Assembly (NCBI GenBank): GCA_035939115.1
Contig: DASZGF010000205.1
Location: 10,561 to 74,560 of the forward strand
Source: Candidatus Binataceae bacterium
Lineage (GTDB): Bacteria > Desulfobacterota > Binatia > Binatales > Binataceae
Length of the DNA stretch: 64,000 nucleotides
Direction: 5' to 3'
The translations under genes and the position numbers were made by a program. Each line of letters starts with the position of its first letter. The stretch's first letter is position 1. The notes under the pieces were generated by a model, which searched no databases, had not been told where the DNA came from, and saw only the letters and a program-made list of their open reading frames with translations. Below, in pieces: positions 1 to 11,760 of the stretch.

Positions 1-2584
1 TCTTCCATCTGCTGGCGCTGTTGCTTTGGGCGGCGGCTGCGCTTTCCTGGATGCTGAGGACTCCCGAGGTGGCGATGGCGATCGTCGCCGTTATCGCAAT
101 CAACGGAGTCTTCAGCTTCTGGCAGGAATACGAAGCTGAACGGGCCGCCGAGGCGCTCCAACATCCTCACCAGGTTACCGTGCGCCGCGCGGGGCGCGAG
201 CAGACTATCCCCGCGGCCGATGTTGTACCCGGCGACCTTCTCATTCTCACTGAAGGCGAATCGGTGCCTGCGGACGCCCGCGTGATCCTTTCCCAAGGGC
301 TCCGGCTTGACGCCTCCTGCCTGACGGGAGAGTCGCGCCCGACGCCGCGCTTTGATCGCGCCGTCTCCGCCGAGGGCAGCAACCCGGCGATGGTCGCCAA
401 CCTGGTCTTCGCCGGAACGTCGGTTGTACGCGGGCGGGGCGAGGCGGTGGCCTTCGCTACCGGAGCGGCGACTGAATTCGGCCGGATTGCGCGGCTGGCC
501 CAGGCGGTGCCCGAGCGCCAGCCCGTTGGAACGGGAAGTCGTCTTGGTAACCCGGATAATCACCCTGCTCGCGGTTGGGATGGGGATCATTTTTTTCATG
601 ATTGGCACTTGGGTGGGCGGGCTGGCGCCGCTGACCGGGTTGCTGTTTGCGATCGGAATGATCGTGGCCAACGTTCCCGAGGGTTTGTTGCCCACCTTGA
701 CGCTGGCGCTGGCGATCGCGGTGCGGCAGATGGCCGCGTGCAAGGCGCTGGTCAAGCGCCTGTTAGCGGTCGAGGCTCTCGGTGCGGCAACCACGATCGT
801 AACCGACAAGACCGGCACGCTGACCGAGAATGAGATGACCGTCCGCGAGGTCTGGGCGGGCGGCTGCCGCTATCGGATCGGCGGCGCCGGCTACGAACCG
901 GCCGGCGACGAGGAAGCGATTGATGGTGACAATCCTCCGGACTTTGCGGGCGTGAAGGAAATGCTGCGCACCGCGGCGCTATGCTGCGACGCTCAACTAA
1001 TCGCGCCCGGCCAGGCCGGCGGTCGCTGGTCGGCACTGGGCGATCCGACCGAAGCGGCAATCCTGGCGGCGGCCACTAAAATCGGCATCGATCGCAACGC
1101 TCTGGAGGCCTGGCCGCGCCTGGCCGAACTGCCCTTTGACTCGGTTCGCAAGCGCATGACGACTATCGAGGAGATCGACGGCGAAGCGGTGGCCTGCGTC
1201 AAAGGTGCCTTGAGCGAACTGCTGCCGCGCTGCGCCGAAATCAGCTGGCGAGGATTGGCGCATCCTCGGGACGATCGGCTGACCCAGGCCACGCGCGACA
1301 GCCACGACCAGTTAACCGGCCGCGGGATGAGAGTGCTCGCGGTCGCCGCGCGCCGGCTCGATCCGCACTTGCGTCGCGACCACCATTGGCACGCCGAGGA
1401 GGTGGAAACCGGCCTCGTGCTGCTGGGTCTGATCGCAATGGAAGACCCGCCCCGGCCCGAAGTGCGCAGTGCAATCGCCGCCTGCCGCCTGGCGGGGATC
1501 AGAGTGGTGATGGTGACCGGCGACGATGGCCGCACCGCAGCGGCAATCGGCCGCGAAATCGGCTTGGTGACCAGCGATTGCACGATCGTTACCGGCGCCG
1601 ACCTCGAGGTGATGAGCGAGGTCGCGCTGGACGCCGCGCTCGATCGGCCAGAAGTCGTGTTTGCTTGGGTGGTGCCCGACCACAAACTGAGACTGGTGCG
1701 CGCGTTGCAACGTCGCGAAGAGGTGGTCGCGGTTACAGGCGACGGCGTCAACGACGCGCCGGCGCTCAAGCAGGCCGACATCGGGGTCGCGATGGGCGCC
1801 ACGGGTAGCGATGTGGCGCGCGAGACTGCCGACATCGTCCTGACCGATGACAATTTCGCGGCCATCGTCAGCGCAATCGAACTGGGCCGCGCAGTTTACG
1901 ACAACGTGCGCAAGTTCCTCACCTATCCTGACGCACAACGTCCCTGAGGCGGCGGCCTTCGTCGCCTTCGTGCTGTTCAAGATTCCTTTGCCGCTCACCG
2001 TGATGCAGGTTTTGGCGATCGACCTCGGCACCGACATCCTGCCCGCTCTCGCCCTTGGAATGGAGCCGCCCGAACCTGGGATCATGCGGCGGCCACCGCG
2101 CGCGCGCTCCGAACGGCTGCTTAACGGCGCCACTATTTTGCGCGTCTAGCTATGGTTGGGCTTGTTGGAATCGGGCCTGGTGCTCGGCGGGTACGTATTC
2201 GCCATGTGGTGCGGCGGTTGGCGTCCCGGTCAGCCGATGCCCGCCGCCGGTCCCATCTATCTCGCCGCCACCACCATGACGCTGGCGGGAATCGTGGCCT
2301 GCCAGGCCGGAAACGTGCTCTCCTGCCGCAGTTCCACTCAGCCGATCTGGCGTCTGGGCCTAACGACCAACCCGATGGTGCTGGCTGGAATCGGGCTGGA
2401 ACTGCTAGCTAGCCGCGCTCATTTACATCGGTCCCTAGCCAGGATCTTCAGCCTCGAGCCGCTGCAGGCGCGCCAGTGGATCGTGCTGGCCACATTTGGG
2501 CCGTTGATGATTGCATTCGAGGGCACCCGCAAAGCCATCACCCGCAGGATGGGGCGGCGCCGGTTGGCATCGGCGCCCGCATGA
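1..2584 (+). pseudogene. Cation-transporting P-type ATPase (5' end lies outside the window) with a broken reading frame
   Basis: TGES (CLTGESRP), DKTGT (IVTDKTGTLTENEM) and VTGDGVNDAPALKQADIGVAMG motifs. The translation must hop from ORF 21..833 to ORF 352..1947 near 522 (extra C in a C-run). It hops again to ORF 1847..2149 near 1926, then crosses an in-frame TAG at 2147-2149 before continuing in ORF 2156..2584. Confidence 0.75.
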
Positions 2585-2591
2585 CCGCATT

Positions 2592-3003
2592 CTCGTGTGA
2601 ATGGCTCTGATCGACATGAAAGCCTCGGTATTCGATAGGCTGGAAGCCGCGCCCGACCCCGAAATCACCCCGGCCGTCGCTGATCAGATCCAGCAGGGCA
2701 ATCTCCTCCGCGAGGCGCAGAGGATGGTTTAACGGCAGTACCGTGATTCCGGTTCCCAGGCGGATGTTGTTGGTCACCGGTGCTACTGCGGCCAAGGTCA
2801 GCGCGGGCGACGCGCAAAACCCGTACTCCGAGAAGTGATGTTCGGAGAAATGTTGAGGAAGCAGAGAACGATGCGCGGGTTTACAAAGGCCCATACTGAG
2901 TCGAAGCCCGGGTCTTCAGCGCAGCTCATCAGGTCCATCTCCCGCAACACCTGGCGCTCTTGCCGGCCAAATTCTCAAACAGATAAAGCATCCCGAATTT
3001 CAT
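2592..3003 (-). pseudogene. Truncated, frameshifted remnant of a luciferase-like (LLM class) flavin oxidoreductase; partial paralog of the gene at 19327..20406
   Basis: The reverse strand from 3003 reads MKFGMLYLFENLAGKS..., then shifts frame. ORF 2538..2894 reads HFSEYGFCASPALTLAAVAPVT...ISDGRGDFGVGRGFQPIEYRGFHVDQSHSHE. This is collinear with residues 1 to about 135 of the 19327 protein. Similarity stops at about 2592, directly abutting the ATPase stop codon (2582-2584). Confidence 0.7.
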
Positions 3004-3053
3004 AAGAGTCTCCCACCTCGCGTAAGTGAAGTGATTTCTTTCTTTCAGTATTA

Positions 3054-3602
3054 TTATTTCCCAAACTTGTTCTGGATCTGCCGCAGAAATTTTTGTAGCC
3101 AACCGTTTTCGCTCAAGCTGGGCATCGACAACCTTGTGTCAGGCGACGCTTCCGGCTCATGGGTGGCACGCTGGCCGGTAATCTGAACGACCTGTATGCG
3201 ATAGAAGACCGGCACCAGCCGGCGCTCCGCGCCGTGGAGGATAGAACTCGCGTAACCGGGCTCCCACCACATCGCGTTCTGTTGCAACATTTTGTAGGCG
3301 AATTCCCTCTCGTTCCGCCATTCGGGCGTATCGGGCAACTCCTCATAGCGACCGAAGACGATGACACTCGTCCACTGTTGCGGGCTCACCACCTCATCCA
3401 CTTCGACGCAGACCAGCGGATTGACGCGCATCCACTCGATCTTTTGCCCAACCGTTGAAAAGCTATAGAGATAGTTATTGTTGTAGACGAAATAGACTGG
3501 CACGACGTAAGGTTGGGTCGATCGGGCGCATGCTAGTCTGCCAAAACGCATGCGGGCCAGCAGGTCCAAACTCGCCTGGCTGGTCAGTTCCTGGATCAAC
3601 AC
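3054..3602 (-). CDS. Pyridoxamine 5'-phosphate oxidase-like FMN-binding split-barrel family protein
   Basis: 182-aa intact ORF. The pattern RMRFGRLAC...PYVVPVYFVY...WTSVIVFGRYEEL is typical of the Pyridox_ox_2-type family. G+C is visibly lower than in the surroundings. Confidence 0.6.
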   Translation of the reverse strand: MLIQELTSQASLDLLARMRFGRLACARSTQPYVVPVYFVYNNNYLYSFSTVGQKIEWMRVNPLVCVEVDEVVSPQQWTSVIVFGRYEELPDTPEWRNEREFAYKMLQQNAMWWEPGYASSILHGAERRLVPVFYRIQVVQITGQRATHEPEASPDTRLSMPSLSENGWLQKFLRQIQNKFGK

Positions 3603-3969
3603 GACGATTCTCCCATCAGACTATTTTAGTCTTAAAGCGTGCACAGTATTCGCTTTCCACGAACACCACGGTGTTCCAGAATATCTCCACCGGAGTCAAC
3701 GCTCTCTTCTACAACACACGGGGGCTACAATAATACCCCAGGTGGGACCGCTAGCGATTCGCGAGCCGCTGTACCTGCCAGCCACCAACGCCTGTTTCAG
3801 CACAATCGTCGTGCTGCAAATTGTCTACGTGTTTCTGTGCCGGAGCGGGTGCGGCTCAACATCGCGCTAATCCGCACCTCTCGAAGCCTCCCCGAAGCGG
3901 CCCGCGGCCACGAGTTAGACTTTGGCCGAGAGAGGGTGGGGCGAACCACAGGCGTGAGGATGGCGCGAT

Positions 3970-4353
3970 ATGAGAACGCTAAAGGCATCCGCGATTTATT
4001 TCGTATCTGTCTTCGCTGTTGGATGGGTGGTGGGGCCCATCCGGGAACTTTGGGTAGTGCCACATCTCGGACGGATCGCGGGGCTGCTGTTCGAAGCGCC
4101 CCTCATGCTGGCCGCCATGATTGCCTCTGCGCGGTGGACGATACGCCGGCTCGACGTGCCACACGCGATAGGTTGGAGGTTGTTCATGGGTGTGGCCGCG
4201 TTTGGAATGTTGCTGATTGCCGAGGTCGCAGGAGCACTGTGGCTCCGCCATATTTCGGCCAAAGCATACCTGGCCAGCTTTACTACCACTCCTGGGTTTA
4301 TTCCGCTGGTCCTGTTCCTGCTCTTCGCAGGCATGCCTTTGCTTGTGCCGTAG
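3970..4353 (+). CDS. Small hypothetical integral membrane protein
   Basis: 127-aa ORF with four hydrophobic helix-length segments. No recognisable family. Confidence 0.4.
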   Translation: MRTLKASAIYFVSVFAVGWVVGPIRELWVVPHLGRIAGLLFEAPLMLAAMIASARWTIRRLDVPHAIGWRLFMGVAAFGMLLIAEVAGALWLRHISAKAYLASFTTTPGFIPLVLFLLFAGMPLLVP

Positions 4354-4659
4354 GTGGATGTCCGGTGCGCACCCCCCTTCTTGGTGAATTGAATTGCGAG
4401 TCATTTGCTTTACCGGCAGTCATAACACGCGGTCCCGAGCGGAACTGTTTCTAAAACGGGATTTCGGTTGTTTTAAGAATTTGATAAAATGCTTGGAAAG
4501 CAGTCATTAGGCGGTTTAGAGATGCGCCTAGGGTGGGGCGAAGGAGGGCAGCCGGTGAATGAAACGGGAGCGGGGCGCGGACTTTCCTTTTGTCGGCATA
4601 ACCGAAGTGTGGTAGTGCCCTGGGAAGCTGAGGAGATTGAAAAATGGAAAGAACTGCGA

Positions 4660-5067
4660 GTGCGCAGTATCATGACGCTCGACGTAACTACGCTAAAAAG
4701 AAACGATAAGTTGACGCTCGCTGATGACATCATGCAGCTAGGGCGAATTCGCCATCTGCCAGTGCTCGACGAAGAGGGACAGCAGCTCGTCGGGCTGGTT
4801 ACTCAGCGCGACCTCTTCCGCGGCGCGTTGGCGCGCGCGCTTGGGTACGGCCAGCACGCCCAGCGAAAGGTGTTGGACACTCTATTGGTCAAAGAGGTGA
4901 TGAGTAGCGAGGTGATTACGACGACTCCAGACACACCTTTGGTTGAGGCCGCGAGGGTCCTGCTGGAGCGGAAGATCGGTTGCCTTCCGGTTTTGGAGGG
5001 CGGACATCTTGTCGGCATCGTTACCGAGAGCGACTTCGTAGCGATGGTGGCGCGCAAGGGTCAGTAA
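4660..5067 (+). CDS. CBS domain pair protein
   Basis: (V)RSIMTLDVTTL...HLPVLDEEGQQLVGLVTQRDL...VKEVMSSEVITTTPDTPLVEAARVLLERKIGCLPVLEGGHLVGIVTESDF gives two CBS repeats. The start was chosen at GTG 4660 (ATG 4672 is an alternative), behind ggaaagaa. ORF 4489..5067 extends further upstream. Confidence 0.7.
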   Translation: MRSIMTLDVTTLKRNDKLTLADDIMQLGRIRHLPVLDEEGQQLVGLVTQRDLFRGALARALGYGQHAQRKVLDTLLVKEVMSSEVITTTPDTPLVEAARVLLERKIGCLPVLEGGHLVGIVTESDFVAMVARKGQ

Positions 5068-5260
5068 GGATTCATGCCGGCGGCTCCGTGCATCACCTTT
5101 GCCTGCGTTCTACTTCTACCGCCATCAGCCTGTATTCGGGGCAATCTGTCACGCGGTCGCGGACATCGCTGCGAAAGTCCCACAGACATTTACGACTCTA
5201 ACTCTCTTCGCAGGGCGGCGTGGGTTACGCGCTTGCCGACGTTACCAAAGATATCGCTTA

Positions 5261-5734
5261 TCAGGCGCGCTTTGGCCTCCGGGTCTCCGTTCGTGACGCT
5301 CGACCAGCACGAGCTATTTTCGGTTTGACTGTCAGCACGGGGCACGGAGCTTCGCGAACCACATGTTCAGCCACGCTGCCGAGAACCAGGCGGTGAAGCC
5401 CCTTCCGTCCATGGGTCGCCATTACAATCAGGTCCGCGCCCAGCTGGCTTGCCAGTTGCAAAACCTGGACGGCAGGATCGCCTATCATGACCAGTAATTC
5501 GTAACGGATTTCGGGCTGGAGGTTCTGATGGCTAATCCGTTCAAGCCTGGTTCGCGCCGCGGTCTCCATCTTCCCGGACCGTAACGCCACCTCCGGTCCC
5601 GGAGGTACCTTCATGACGTGGAGTAGATAAAGCGTTGCGTTGTTTTTCCGCGCAAGCTGCGATGCGCTGCGGAGCGCCGGGAGGGAGGTTTAATCGAAAT
5701 CGACAGGGCAGACGATCTTGTTTAATCGAGGCAT
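5261..5734 (-). pseudogene. Universal stress protein (UspA family) interrupted by an in-frame TAA
   Basis: The reverse strand from ATG 5734 reads MPRLNKIVCPVDFD, then TAA (plus strand 5690-5692). It continues in the same frame as TSLPALRSASQLARKNNATLYLLHV and joins ORF 5261..5614 (...DLIVMATHGRKGLHRLVLGSVAEHVVREAPCPVLTV). Confidence 0.7.
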
Positions 5735-5869
5735 CTCAGACTTTTCTCTCGGTCTCGTCCAGCTTATGCCGAACACGGCTCCCTTAAAAGACGAATTATG
5801 GTGCCTAAGACCTCCGGCGTCCCCGGACCTGCTGGACGACTACTTAGCTTCTCGGCGTGTCACGCCTTC

Positions 5870-7100
5870 CCTGCAGGCGGCCGCGGTTGCGGGCAACACC
5901 TTGGGCCTGGCTCCGGGCACGGTAGTCGCCTCGGTGGATGCCGTCATGCCGGTGTCCTCCGAGGTCAATTTCAACAATTGCCACACTTCATCGGTTGAGG
6001 GCGCAACGGGCTTGCCACCGATGGCAAGGGTTTTCCGGTGGCGACCCGCTTCAGCGATCCCGCCTTCGGTCGGGTTCCGGAGTCGGTCAGCATCGCTTAC
6101 GCATGGGACCTGAACGTTATTCGCCTGCATGACAAGAAGCATGGTACGGCGCTGGCCAAGGCGATGCCCGTGCAATGTCAGACTTGCCATTATTCGCCGG
6201 CCCTCGATGTCGCCCAGCTCGGTCCGCTGGAACCGGGCGACGCTTTCGCCAATGGCCGCCAGCAGACGCTGCATCACAGCTTCTCGATGGCGATGCATGG
6301 GTTTCACGGCCCGCTGCTGAAGTCCAACGGAACTCCGCTGTTCCCCAAGATGCCGTCGCCCGTTGGCCGTACTATCGCAACCCGAGACAGCATCCTGCAG
6401 CAGACCTGCTACCAATGCCATCCGGGCGGCGTCACCAAATGTTTGCACGGTAAGATGTTCGACGTCGGCGTGGCCTGCCAGGATTGCCACGGCAGCATGA
6501 CGCAAGTGGGAACCGACTTTTCCAAGAACGTCTCACCCAGCCATCCGAAGGCTTTCATATTGGCAGACGATTTCTACACCAACCCCGCAACCCCGCGCGT
6601 GCCATGGGCCAACGAGCCGATGTGCCAGTCCTGTCACAGCGGCGATGCGGTCAAGAACCTGGCGTCTTCCGCGGAAGTGGTTGCGTCGCCCGACAAGATT
6701 CATCTCCTGCAGGCCTATCGAACCACTGACGTCAACGCCGAACCGATCGTAGCCATTAACCGGCGCTTCGCCGAAAACGCGAGCGGGACCAAGCAGGTGC
6801 TCTACCGCTTGAGCGAGGGACATGGCGGAGTGTACTGCCAGGCCTGTCATGGCAGTACGCACGCGGAGGGGCCAAACCGGTCGGCAACGCCAATGACAAC
6901 GTGGACCCGACCCAACTTCAAGGACATGACGGCGTAGGCCTGCGCAAGCGGGCAGGTCTCGCCAACCACCATCTTCAACTTGCGGTCGCAATGAGGGCAA
7001 ATGACGCGTCTACACCGGCTCGCAGCGGCCGAACCGGTTCGCGAGGTTTATTTCTACATTTCCAGCAGGAGTCTGCAAACCTGTCACCTGACTCGCTGAT
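5870..7100 (+). pseudogene. Multihaem c-type cytochrome; the central 6038..6937 segment is intact but both ends are frame-disrupted
   Basis: ORF 6038..6937 carries five CxxCH motifs (CQTCH, CYQCH, CQDCH, CQSCH, CQACH) but has no signal peptide. The upstream reading continues in the frame of ORF 5718..6113 (…EVNFNNCHTSSVE, a CxxCH-like site with Phe in place of the first Cys), with a shift near 5996-6000. Downstream, another frame contains ...NDNVDPTQLQGHDGV and ...SLQTCH. Confidence 0.5.
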
Positions 7101-7121
7101 GGGTCTTGCGGCTCGCGAAAT

Positions 7122-8315
7122 TTGCGCGATGATGTAACCTACGAGGAACCAGCTTTGGAGCCGGGATCGATAGAAAAAAAGGGGGCGAACGCTCCGGACG
7201 GCGCGGTAATCATCAGCTATGACGGACTCGACGCCCTGATTGGCGCGCTTTGCGCCGCCGGTTACAGGGTGGTCGGCCCGACGGTTAGCGAGGGGGCGAT
7301 CATCTACGACGAGATCGAGCGCGCAGCGCAACTCCCGATCGGCTGGACCGACGTGCAGGAGCCCGGCTCCTACCGCCTGGACCGACGCGAGGATGGCGCA
7401 ATCTTCGGATTCGCCGTGGGCCCCCACTCGTGGAAGAAGTTCCTCCACGTGCCGACGCTGCGGCTTTGGCGCGCGCAGCGGGCCAGCGACGGCTCGATCA
7501 ACGCGAGCGCGGACGTGGAGCCGTCGCCCCGCTTCGCGTTTATCGGGGTCCGCTCCTGCGAACTGCACGCGATCGCAATCCAGGACAAGGTGCTGATCGG
7601 GGGAGCATACAAGGACCCTCATTACGCGGAGCGCCGCGACGGCGTGTTTATCGTGGCGGTCAACTGTATCACGGCGGGCGGCACCTGCTTTTGCGTGTCG
7701 ATGGGGACCGGACCGCGCGCGCAGACCGGCTACGATCTGGCGCTGACGGAGTTGCTTGATGAAGGCCGCCACGAGTTCCTGGTCGAAATCGGCACTGCGG
7801 GCGGCGCCGAGATCATGGCGAACCTCCCCCATTCGTCCGCCGATGCCGATCACCAACGCGCAGCCACCGACGCCGTGGCGCGGACCCGGACGCAGATGGG
7901 CCGCGAACTCGACACCACCGGTATCAGGGACTTGCTGTTCGCCAACCTCGAGCATTCCCGATGGGACGACGTGGCGGCGCGCTGCCTGGCCTGCGGCAAC
8001 TGCACGATGGTCTGTCCGACCTGCTTTTGCACCACGGTCGAGGATCACACCGATCTCGCCAACGGCACGGCGGAGCGCGTGCGGCAATGGGATTCCTGCT
8101 ACACGATGGATTTCTCCCACCTGCACGGAGGCAGCGTCCGAGCGTCGATCAAGGCCCGCTACCGGCAATGGCTCACGCACAAGCTGGGCTCGTGGATCGA
8201 TCAGTTTGGGACTTCGGGATGCGTGGGCTGCGGGCGCTGCATCACCTGGTGCCCGGTGGGAATCGACCTCACCGAGGAAGTGGCGGCGATTCGGCTAGAG
8301 CCTGCAAAGCGGTAG
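7122..8315 (+). CDS. hyhB: Group 3b [NiFe] hydrogenase beta subunit (AsrA-like 4Fe-4S dicluster protein)
   Basis: [16 protein letters not shown] and [12 protein letters not shown] ferredoxin-type motifs in an AsrA/HydB-like layout. It is the first gene of a same-strand hydrogenase operon. The start (TTG 7122) is uncertain. Confidence 0.75.
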   Translation: MRDDVTYEEPALEPGSIEKKGANAPDGAVIISYDGLDALIGALCAAGYRVVGPTVSEGAIIYDEIERAAQLPIGWTDVQEPGSYRLDRREDGAIFGFAVGPHSWKKFLHVPTLRLWRAQRASDGSINASADVEPSPRFAFIGVRSCELHAIAIQDKVLIGGAYKDPHYAERRDGVFIVAVNCITAGGTCFCVSMGTGPRAQTGYDLALTELLDEGRHEFLVEIGTAGGAEIMANLPHSSADADHQRAATDAVARTRTQMGRELDTTGIRDLLFANLEHSRWDDVAARCLACGNCTMVCPTCFCTTVEDHTDLANGTAERVRQWDSCYTMDFSHLHGGSVRASIKARYRQWLTHKLGSWIDQFGTSGCVGCGRCITWCPVGIDLTEEVAAIRLEPAKR

Positions 8316-8338
8316 CCAAATCGGATTGGAGCATCGCG

Positions 8339-8800
8339 GTGGAAACCCTCGCACGTCTGCTCAAAGAGCATCCCTTCCTGCAAGGCCTCGACGACCGCCA
8401 TCTCGAATTCCTCACCGGCTGCGCCTCCAACGTGCGCTACGCCGGCGATGAGTTTCTGTTCCGCGAAGGCGAGGAAGCGGGTGCGTCATACGTGGTGCGC
8501 ACCGGGCGCATCGCGCTGGAGATCGGCGTGCCCGGACGCGGCCCGGCCCAGCTTCAGACCGTCGAGGCCGGCGAGGTGCTGGGCTGGTCGTGGCTATATC
8601 CGCCGTACCGATGGCAATTCGACGCGCGCGCGGTGGAGCCGGTGCGGGCCTTCGCGCTGGACGGCAACTGCCTACGCGCCAAGTGCGAGGCCGATCACGA
8701 CCTCGGCTACGAACTGGTCAAACGCTTCCTCTACCAGGTTCACATGCGCCTGGAGCGTACGCGCATGCAACTGATCGACGTTTACCGGGCCGACCGTTAG
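8339..8800 (+). CDS. Stand-alone cyclic-nucleotide-binding (cNMP) domain protein
   Basis: [52 protein letters not shown]...GEVLGWSWL is a CAP/Crp-type effector domain with no HTH. GTG 8339 is the assumed start. Confidence 0.7.
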   Translation: METLARLLKEHPFLQGLDDRHLEFLTGCASNVRYAGDEFLFREGEEAGASYVVRTGRIALEIGVPGRGPAQLQTVEAGEVLGWSWLYPPYRWQFDARAVEPVRAFALDGNCLRAKCEADHDLGYELVKRFLYQVHMRLERTRMQLIDVYRADR

Positions 8801-8817
8801 CAGGGGACGAGCACATC

Positions 8818-9693
8818 ATGGCAACCGGGTCCGGGACTATCGATGCGACGCGGCCGCCCGCTCCGCTCGCCGATCCTATGCTGCCGCGGTTTTTGCGCAT
8901 TCGCCGGGTCTCTAAGGAAACTCACGACACGGCAACCCTGGAACTGGATGATTCGGCGGCGGCGCCGCGCTTCGCGCCCGGGCAATTCAATATGCTCTAC
9001 CTGTTCGGAGCCGGCGAGGCAGCGATTTCAATCAGCGGTTCGCCCGCCCGCCCCGAAACGCTGGTCCATACCGTCCGCGGCGTGGGCGCCGTCACCGCTC
9101 CGCTGTTGCGCGCCAAACGCGGCGACGTGTTCGGAGTACGCGGACCTTACGGCAGCCCCTGGCCGATCGAGGAGGCCGCCAACACTGGATGCGACCTGCT
9201 GCTGCTCGCTGGGGGGATCGGCCTGGCGCCGTTGCGTCCGGTAATTTACGAGGTGCTGCGGCGTCGGCGCGCTTTCGGCCGCCTCATCATTTTGTACGGC
9301 GCGCGGACTCCCGCGGACTTGCTCTATCGCAAGGAACTCAATCAATGGCGGACCTATCCGGGCGTCACGGTCAAGCTGATCGTGGACCGCGCCGCGGCGG
9401 GATGGAGCGGGAGAGTCGGCGTCCTGACCGACCTGCTGAACGCGGTCGAGTTCGACCCGGCGGAAACTATCGCGATGGCCTGCGGCCCGGAGGTGATGAT
9501 GCGCTTTGCGCATCGCGAACTGGCCCGGCGCGGTGTTCCTGAGCAGCGCGTCTACCTGTCGCTGGAGCGCAACATGAAGTGCGCGGTGGGCCTGTGCGGC
9601 CATTGCCAGTTCGGTCCGACCTTTATCTGCAAGGACGGCCCGGTCTTCACCGCCGATCGGGTTTTGCCGTTGCTGGGAATCAGGGAGCTTTGA
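8818..9693 (+). CDS. hyhG: Group 3b hydrogenase gamma subunit (AsrB-like FAD/NAD(P)-binding, 2Fe-2S oxidoreductase)
   Basis: [24 protein letters not shown] and the C-terminal [23 protein letters not shown] cluster motif. Confidence 0.8.
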   Translation: MATGSGTIDATRPPAPLADPMLPRFLRIRRVSKETHDTATLELDDSAAAPRFAPGQFNMLYLFGAGEAAISISGSPARPETLVHTVRGVGAVTAPLLRAKRGDVFGVRGPYGSPWPIEEAANTGCDLLLLAGGIGLAPLRPVIYEVLRRRRAFGRLIILYGARTPADLLYRKELNQWRTYPGVTVKLIVDRAAAGWSGRVGVLTDLLNAVEFDPAETIAMACGPEVMMRFAHRELARRGVPEQRVYLSLERNMKCAVGLCGHCQFGPTFICKDGPVFTADRVLPLLGIREL

Positions 9694-9698
9694 GTACG

Positions 9699-10484
9699 AT
9701 GGCCCGGCCCAAACGCGCCAAGCTCGCGGTGTGGAAGTTCACCTCCTGCGACGGATGCCAACTCAGTCTGCTCGACTGCGAGGACGAGTTCCTGGCGCTG
9801 GCCGAGCGCGTTCAGATCGCCAAATTTGCCGAAGCCACCAGCGCCGAGGTCAGGGGTCCCTACGATCTTTCCCTGGTCGAGGGCTCGATAACCACACCCA
9901 AGGACGCCGAGCGGATTTTGCAAATCCGCCGCCAGTCCAGGGCGCTGGTTACGATTGGCGCCTGCGCAACCTCGGGCGGGATTCAGGCGTTGCGCAATTT
10001 CAAGAATGTTCCCGATTTCATCGCGGCGGTGTACGCATCACCTGAATACATCTCCACGCTCAGCACTTCCACGGCGATCGCCGACCATGTGCCGGTGGAG
10101 TTCGAGCTGCGCGGATGCCCGATCAACAAGCGCCAGCTCCTGGAAGTGATCGGCGCTTTTATCAACGGGCGCCGGCCCGCAACGCCCGCGCACAGCGTGT
10201 GCATCGCGTGCAAGCGGCGCGGCACGGTGTGCGTGATGGTGGCCAAAAAAATCCCCTGTCTGGGTCCGATCACGCACGACGGTTGCGGCGCGATCTGCCC
10301 GGCGTATGGGCGCGGATGCTACGGATGCTACGGGCCGTCGGAAACGCTCAACGCGCCGTCGCTGGCCAGCGCCTGGCAGGCGGTGGGCGCCTCCAAGGCC
10401 GAGCTGCATCGCGTACTGCGCGGCTTTAACGCCAATGCCGGCGAGTTCCGCGCCGCCGCCGAAAAGCTCCATGAAGACGATTAA
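9699..10484 (+). CDS. hyhS: Group 3b [NiFe] hydrogenase small (delta) subunit
   Basis: [16 protein letters not shown]...[12 protein letters not shown]...GCPINK... with a Cys-rich C-terminal region. No Tat signal peptide. Confidence 0.85.
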   Translation: MARPKRAKLAVWKFTSCDGCQLSLLDCEDEFLALAERVQIAKFAEATSAEVRGPYDLSLVEGSITTPKDAERILQIRRQSRALVTIGACATSGGIQALRNFKNVPDFIAAVYASPEYISTLSTSTAIADHVPVEFELRGCPINKRQLLEVIGAFINGRRPATPAHSVCIACKRRGTVCVMVAKKIPCLGPITHDGCGAICPAYGRGCYGCYGPSETLNAPSLASAWQAVGASKAELHRVLRGFNANAGEFRAAAEKLHEDD

Positions 10485-11754
10485 GGTCGATTACCTGGCG
10501 CGCGTGGAGGGCGAGGGCGCCCTGCGGATCCGCTTTAAAGGCGATCAGGTCCGCGACGTGGAGTTGCGCATCTTCGAGCCGCCGCGCTTCTTCGAGGCCT
10601 TCCTGCGCGGCCGCTCCCACGCCGAAGTCCCCGATATCACGGCGCGCATCTGCGGGATCTGCCCGGTCGCTTACCAGATGAGCGGATGCGCCGCGATCGA
10701 AGACGCCCTGGGTATCGAGACTGGCGCTGCCATTGGCGCCCTGCGCCGGCTGCTGTACTGCGGCGAATGGATCGAAAGCCATACCCTGCACATGTTCTTC
10801 CTCCACGCTCCGGATTTCCTCGGCTATCCCGACGCGGTCGCGATGGCGCGGGAGCATCGCGAAATGGTTCTGCACGGGCTCGCGATCAAGAAGGCCGGCA
10901 ATGCCCTGATTCGGGTGGTGGGCGGCCGCGAGGTCCATCCGGTCAATCCGCGCGTCGGGGGTTTCTATTCGATGCCGCCGCGCGCCGCCCTGCGCGAACT
11001 GCTCCCCGAACTGGAGCGCGCCCGCGACGGGGCGCTGGAAGCCCTGGAATGGATGGCGCATTTTCCGTTCCCCGATTACACCTGCGAGTACGAATTCGTC
11101 GCGGTGGACGCCGGGCCGCAATACCCATTCATCGGCGGCCGGCTGATCTCCAATCGCGGCCTCGATATCAGCGTGCGCGATTACGACAGCCACTTCGAGG
11201 AGCATCAGATACCCCACTCCAACGCCCTGCACTCCAGACTCAAGAATGGGGGAAATTACCTGTGCGGACCGCTGGCGCGCTTCAACCTGCATTTCGACAA
11301 GCTCAGCGCTGCCGCCCGCGAGGCGGCGCGGCACGCCAATATCGAGCCGCCCTGCCACAACCCGTTCAAGAGCATCCTGGTGCGCGGAGTTGAGACCGCC
11401 TGGGCGCTGGAAGAGGCGATTGCGCTCATCGAGGGCTACGACGCAAGCGTGCCGCCGTTCGCGGCAGCGCCAATGCGGCCGTCGATCGGTTACGGAGTCA
11501 GCGAAGCGCCCCGCGGCATGCTCTACCATCGCTACCGGCTCGACGACGCCGGCCTGATCCGCGACGCCAAGATCGTGCCGCCCACGTCGCAAAATCTCGC
11601 CTCGATCGAAGACGACCTGATGTGCCTGGCGCCGCGGATGATCGCGATGACGGCGTCCGACGCGACTCGGCTGGCGGAGCAGGCGGTGCGCAATTACGAC
11701 CCGTGCATTTCGTGCGCCACGCATTTCCTCAAGGTCACGCTGGAAAGGGAATAG
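10471..11754 (+). CDS. hyhL: Group 3b [NiFe] hydrogenase large (alpha) subunit
   Basis: N-terminal ARVEGEGAL and [10 protein letters not shown], plus C-terminal DPCISCATH Ni-binding motifs. Overlaps the small-subunit stop by 14 nt. Confidence 0.9.
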   Translation: MKTIKVDYLARVEGEGALRIRFKGDQVRDVELRIFEPPRFFEAFLRGRSHAEVPDITARICGICPVAYQMSGCAAIEDALGIETGAAIGALRRLLYCGEWIESHTLHMFFLHAPDFLGYPDAVAMAREHREMVLHGLAIKKAGNALIRVVGGREVHPVNPRVGGFYSMPPRAALRELLPELERARDGALEALEWMAHFPFPDYTCEYEFVAVDAGPQYPFIGGRLISNRGLDISVRDYDSHFEEHQIPHSNALHSRLKNGGNYLCGPLARFNLHFDKLSAAAREAARHANIEPPCHNPFKSILVRGVETAWALEEAIALIEGYDASVPPFAAAPMRPSIGYGVSEAPRGMLYHRYRLDDAGLIRDAKIVPPTSQNLASIEDDLMCLAPRMIAMTASDATRLAEQAVRNYDPCISCATHFLKVTLERE

Positions 11755-11760
11755 GCAGCC

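Noticed and set aside
4380-4659. A possible riboswitch or structured leader upstream of the CBS-domain gene (an A+T-rich stretch followed by a G-rich segment)
   Set aside because: I could not match it to any riboswitch consensus I know (Mg, Mn, fluoride, ZTP, c-di-GMP, guanidine). There is no evident terminator/antiterminator pair.
6975-8180. Long antisense ORFs opposite real genes (for example 6975..8180, 10426..11793, 38598..39809, 43431..45119, 57505..59133 and 59323..60528)
   Set aside because: These are typical shadow ORFs of G+C-rich DNA. They are Arg/Ala/Gly/Pro-rich, have no motifs, and each lies fully opposite a gene with clear family signatures.
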